Source: Chrysomallon squamiferum (Eukaryota > Animalia > Mollusca). From it: DNA of 64,000 nt. The notes under the pieces were generated by a model, which was not told where the DNA came from, did no database searches, and saw only the letters and a program-made list of their open reading frames with translations. Location: positions 28,830,001-28,894,000 of the forward strand of contig CM022671.1 of the NCBI GenBank assembly GCA_012295275.1. Direction: 5' to 3'. Below, piece by piece: positions 59,210 through 64,000 of the stretch. Numbering within the stretch: position 1 is the stretch's first letter; every line of letters begins with the position of its first letter. Both the position numbers and the translations under genes were made by a program.

Positions 59210-62200
59210 CTGCAGAGGCTGTGTTTGATACACCATGCTGCTGGGTTCCTGACTTATTTGCCTGGATGACAGTTTGAGAGGTAGGCGCTTTATGAGCAGC
59301 TATTCTGTACATCACTGGAGGAGAGTGGTAAACGCCCCCAGCTCTGTAAGGATAATCATAGTTAACCTTTCCGTAATCTCCTTGAACGAAAATATACTGG
59401 TTTCCAGGCCAGAGCCCATTGTACGGATTGCCGTAAGCAGCACCTCCAGCACCTGCACCTGCACCTGCACCTGCACCTGCTCCTGAACCACCACCTGCAG
59501 CACCGGCCCCAGCACCGTGTCCTGCTCCACCCAGACCCGGTCCTGTACCAGCACCAGCTCCAGCTCCTGCACCAGCGTCGATTCCAATCAGAATAGGACC
59601 TCCAGCTCCTGCACCTGCTCCTACACCTGCTCCTGCTCCAGCACCTGCCCCTGAACCCGCTCCTGCACCTGCACCTGCTCCTGCTCCAGCTCCTGGAGGT
59701 CCGACAAGGTAAACAGGAGATCCGGCACCTCCTGGAGTAGGTCCTACAAGAAATATAGGACCACTCATACCTGGTCCTCCAGGACCTCCAGCGCCTGCCC
59801 CACCTGCACCAGCGCCTGCCCCACCTGAACCAGCCACCTCCTACACCGATTCCTGGACCTGCAGCACCTGGACCAACACCAGCTCCAGGACCTGCACCTG
59901 CACCACCTCCCATGCCTATTCCAGGCCCACTGGCACCTATTCCAAGACCTGGACCTCCAGCACCTGCACCACCCGTTCCTATACCGCCTCCTGGACTAGG
60001 TCCTACAAGAAGTATAGGACCACCGATACCTGATGCTCCTGGACCACCAATTACATATCCAGGACCTGAACCAGCTGAACCACCACTGCCAGCCGGAACA
60101 CCTATAACCGGTGCCGTTCCAAAACCAGGCCCTCCCATTCCTGCTCCTGGACCAGTAGCGCCAGTTCCTATCACAGTTCCAGGACCCCAAGTTCCTGATC
60201 CAGCAGCCCCTGACCCTACGCTTATAACAGGAAGAGCTCCAACACCAGGTTGTCCGATTCCAACACCTGCTCCAGCAGCACCTGCACCTGTCCCAGTTCC
60301 AGGACCCCAAGCTCCTGAACCAGCAGCCCCTGACCCTACGCTTATAACAGGAAGAGCTCCAACACCAGGTTGTCCGATTCCAACACCAGCTCCAGCAGCA
60401 CCTGCACCTGTTCCAGTTCCAGGACCCCAAACTCCCGAACCAGCAGTCCCGGCCCCAACACTTATAACAGGAAGAACTCTAATTCCAGGTCTTCCAATTC
60501 CAGCACCAGCACCAGGAGCACCTGCACCTACTCCAGTTCCAGGACCCCAGGCTCCTGAACCAGCAGTCCCAGGTCCTACACTTACTAACAGGAACACCTC
60601 TAACTCCAGGTCTACCCATTCCAACACCAGCTCCAGAAGCACCTGCACCTACTCCAGTTCCAGGACCCCAGCCTCCAGCTCCAGGTCTTCCTGCACTTGG
60701 ACGAACTCTACTTGGTCCCATGCCGACAAAACGGATAAGTTCATAACCTGGACCTCCGATAGATATTGAACCTGGACCCATTCCACGTACAATTAATAAT
60801 GGACCAGGTCCTGCACCAAGTCCTGGGACACCTGCTCCCGCACCGCCTGCTCCAGCTCCTACACCATATCCAGGTCCTCCTGCTCCCGCCCCACCTGCTC
60901 CAGCTCCTCCTGCACCAAATCCATGACCTCCTGGACCAAATCCTGGACCACCTGCTCCCGCCCCACCTGTTCCAGGTCCTGCACCAAATCCTGGACCAAA
61001 TCCTGCTCCACGATGTCCAGGACCTCCTGCTCCTGCACCAAATCCAGGTCCTCCTGGACCAAATCCGTGACCACCTGCTCCTGCTCCACCTCCTGCACCA
61101 TGTCCTGCTCCTGCCCCAGCTGCTCCAGGTCCTGCACCAAATCCAGGTCCACCTGGACCAAATCCATGACCACCTGCTCCAGCTCCGCCTGCTGCACCTC
61201 CTACACCATGTCCAGGACCTCCTGTTCCAGGTCCTGCACCAAATCCAGGTCCTCCTGGACCAAATCCATGACCACCTGCTCCAGGTCCTGCACCAAATCC
61301 AGGTCCTCCTGGACCAAATCCGTGACCACCTGCTCCCGCTCCGCCTGCTCCAGGTCCTGCACCATGTCCAGGACCTCCTGCTCCAGGTCCTGCACCAAAT
61401 CCAGGTCCTCCTGGACCAAATCCATGACCACCTGCTCCCGCTCCGCCTGCTCCAGCTCCGACACCATGTCCAGGTCCTGCACCAAATCCAGGTCCTCCTG
61501 GACCATGTCCAGGACCTCCTGACCAAGTCCTGGACCTCCAGGTCCTCCTGCTCCAGGTCCTGCACCATGTCCTGGGACCTCCTGCTCCAGGTCCTGACCA
61601 ACCAAATCCACCTGCTCCCTCCTGGACCATGTCCAGGGACCACCTGCTCCAGGTCCTGCTCCATGCCAGGACCTCCTGCTCCAGGACACCATGTCCAGGA
61701 CCTCCTGTTCCAGGTCCTGCACCAAATCCAGGTCCTCCTGGACCAAATCCATGACCGCCTGTTCCTGCTCTCCTCCTGCACTCCAGGTCCTCCTGGACCA
61801 ATGTCCATGGACCTCCTGCTCCGCCTGTCCAGGTCCGACACCATGTCCAGGGACCTCCTGCTCCAGGTCCTCCTGGACCAAATCCATGACCACGACCTCC
61901 TGCTCCAGCTCCGACACCATGTCCAGGACCTCCTGCTCCAGGTCCTACACCATGTCCAGGACCTCCTGCTCCAGGTCCTGCACCAAATCCAGGTCCTCCT
62001 GGACCAAATCCATGACCGCCTGTTCCTGCTCCACCTCCTGCACCAAATCCAGGTCCTCCTGGACCAAATCCATGACCACCTGCTCCCGCTCCGCCTGCTC
62101 CAGCTCCGACACCATGTCCAGGACCTCCTGCTCCAGGTCCTCCTGGACCATCTCCTGCCCGCCTGCTCCAGTCCGACACCATGTCCAGGACCTCCTGCTC

Positions 62201-62562
62201 CAGGTCCTGCACCATGTCCAGGACCTCCTGCTCCAGGTCCTGCACCAAATCCAGGTCCTCCTGGACCAAATCCGTGACCACCTGCTCCCGCTCCGCCTGC
62301 TGCAGCTCCGACCCCATGTCCAGGACCTCCTGCTCCAGGTCCTGCACCAAATCCATGTCCTCCTGGACCAAATCCGTAACCTCCTGCTCCCGCTCCCGCT
62401 GCTCCTGCACCATGTCCAGGACCTCCTGCCCCAGCCCTGCTGCTTTACGACCATTTGCTCCTACTACTGTATTTATGGTGATACTCGATCCACCCATTCT
62501 CATCATGATATTGCCGCCTCTATACATATCAACCATTGAAGTTTGAGCATTTGCAAATGGAA
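59210..62562 (-). CDS. Gene F main exon; Gly/Pro/Ala/His-rich repetitive structural protein (about 1115 codons) with multiple indels
   Basis: Acceptor ttttttcccacag|tt and donor gcag|gtgaat. The Gly-rich reading passes between ORFs 60479-62536, 61201-61920, 59362-60648 and 59121-59837. Repeats include GHGFGPGGPGFGAGPGAGG and (GA)n. Confidence 0.85.
60170..60680 (-). repeat. Coding tandem repeat, period 120 nt (40 aa: WGPGTGTGAGAAGAGVGIGQPGVGALPVISVGSGAAGSGA), about 4 copies
   Basis: aggacccca starts at 60181, 60301, 60421, 60541 and 60662. Confidence 0.9.
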
Positions 62563-63059
62563 CTGTGGGAAAAAAAAAATTATCTTGGCGTTATTCACAT
62601 TATTTTTTATTACAATACTGCATTTGAAAAATGTCCGGTTCATGACACACTAACGTTAACCACTAGAGCTATTTTGAAAATTAGCAAATTAAAAAACAGT
62701 GATTGATAAAATCACGTTATATTGTGGAAAAACGAAGATCTATATTCACTAAAATAACCAATGTCCAGATATATGAAAATATGAAATTCGATAAAATTAA
62801 TATTTATTTATTTAATTTATTTATTATTTAATTTATTTATTCATTTATTCATTCATTTATTTTATTTATTTTTGTTCAATTTGCTAAAATTATGAGTACT
62901 TCAGGTGATATAATTGGATGATTGGATTGATGTACGGACAGATAAAACAATAGCAAAGAAGCAACAATGATGTTTTTTGTTTTGCATGCTGGGTGTGTTC
63001 GAGCGCGCACGCGCATTTGTAAGTGTATAAACAGATTTACTTGCATGTATATAAAAAAA

Positions 63060-63112
<53 letters not shown>

Positions 63113-63138
63113 CATCATCATCCTAATAGTAATGATAA

Positions 63139-63179
<41 letters not shown>

Positions 63180-63498
63180 AATGTATTAGTAGTATAAGTA
63201 GGTATAGTAAGAAAAATAAGTAGCAGCAGTAGCAGTAGCAGAGATAGTAGTAGTAGAAATAACAGTAGGAGTAGTAGTAATAGTAGTGGTAGTAGTGGTA
63301 GTAGTAGTAGTAGCAGTAGTAGAAAAAGTGTTGTTGTTAGTACTTTTAATTTTGATATTGATTCTTCTGTTGCATTCTTTTATGTTAAAAAAAAAAAATG
63401 TTTTAAATCTAGCAGTAAAAACGTATATTCTGGTATTTTGACTGTTTTAAGTATTAACTACAACATATGCCAAAAAGTAATGACAATGAATTAGTTAC

Positions 63499-63582
63499 CT
63501 TGATTTAGCTGAGGAAAGCGTCCGTAGATGCAGGCAATAGTGGTGCATCGTGTTCTAAAGAAAGGAAACCTGACTGGAAGAC
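63499..63582 (-). CDS. Gene F candidate short internal exon (GLPVRFPFFRTRCTTIACIYGRFPQLNQ)
   Basis: Open phase 1-1 exon with donor caag|gtaact and acceptor at 63582 (aag) or 63573 (cag). It is a GC-richer island and shares LPVR and YG..Q with the short exon of gene C. The signal exon would then lie beyond the window. Confidence 0.5.
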
Positions 63583-64000
63583 CTTTAGCAGCCAAAAAAT
63601 AATAATAATAATAAATAAATAAATAAATAAATAATACTAACGATAACAACAATAACAATGTACAGTATTTGTAATAGTAGTTGTAGTAGTAGTAGTCGTA
63701 ATGGTAGTGGTAGCAGTAATGATAGTCGTAATAGTTGTTGATGTGATTGTAGTAGAAGTAATCGTAGCTGTAGTAGTAGTAGTCATAGTGGTAGTAGTCA
63801 CAACAGTAGTATAATAGTATCAGTAGTACTAATGGTCGTAGTAGTAGTAGTAGATAATACAGTAGTAGTAGTAGTAGTAGTAGTAAAAGCTATAATCTTA
63901 GTTGTTGCAGCTACGTTAACAGAAAAATTGTTGTAGTAGTAGTTCTAATTATGAGTACATATGTACTGTTGTATTATATTATTAATGCAACTGATAAGGT

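Noticed and set aside
59912-62546. Long plus-strand Pro-rich and other alternative-frame ORFs over gene F
   Set aside because: They are antisense or frameshift shadows of GGA/CCT/GCA repeats; the splice signals and unique termini are on the minus strand.
59210-62562. Collagen call for gene F
   Set aside because: There is no sustained Gly-X-Y periodicity; Gly occurs mostly at every second residue or as GG.
62936-62987. Alternative signal exon for F (MQNKKHHCCFFAIVLSV + LPFANA-Q)
   Set aside because: It gives a plausible signal peptide in phase 1, but the donor (c|gtacat) and acceptor are weak. It is not excluded, only too uncertain to call.

Overview
AT-rich, microsatellite-dense metazoan DNA with spliceosomal GT-AG introns; it looks invertebrate and probably molluscan, but the taxon is my inference. 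The window opens with the last coding exon of a SARM1/TIR-1 orthologue (392-575), followed by about 14 kb of CpG-poor non-coding DNA. From about 17.5 kb to the end lies a cluster of genes for predicted secreted low-complexity proteins, which I reconstructed by hand from splice signals. Gene A (+, about 159 aa) is Q/N/Y/R-rich, gene B (+, about 661 aa) is S/R/N-rich and gene C (+, about 212 aa) is extremely R/K-rich. Gene D (-, about 1130 aa) is Q-rich with one frameshift. Exon E (-, about 453 codons) is Q/N/M-rich and apparently has no 5' exons of its own. Gene F (-, about 1150-1200 aa) is a Gly/Pro/Ala/His block copolymer with many indels. All coding introns I could place in A-F are phase 1. 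A, B, C and D have unrelated bodies but end in a shared ~35-aa Gly/Asp-Gly motif (best form DGSD[VI]SID). D and E share an AIANPVPG motif that differs only at synonymous codon positions. This suggests a possibly undescribed family of secreted structural or biomaterial proteins. No database searches were run, so novelty is unverified. Most other ORFs in the track are microsatellite or antisense artefacts.
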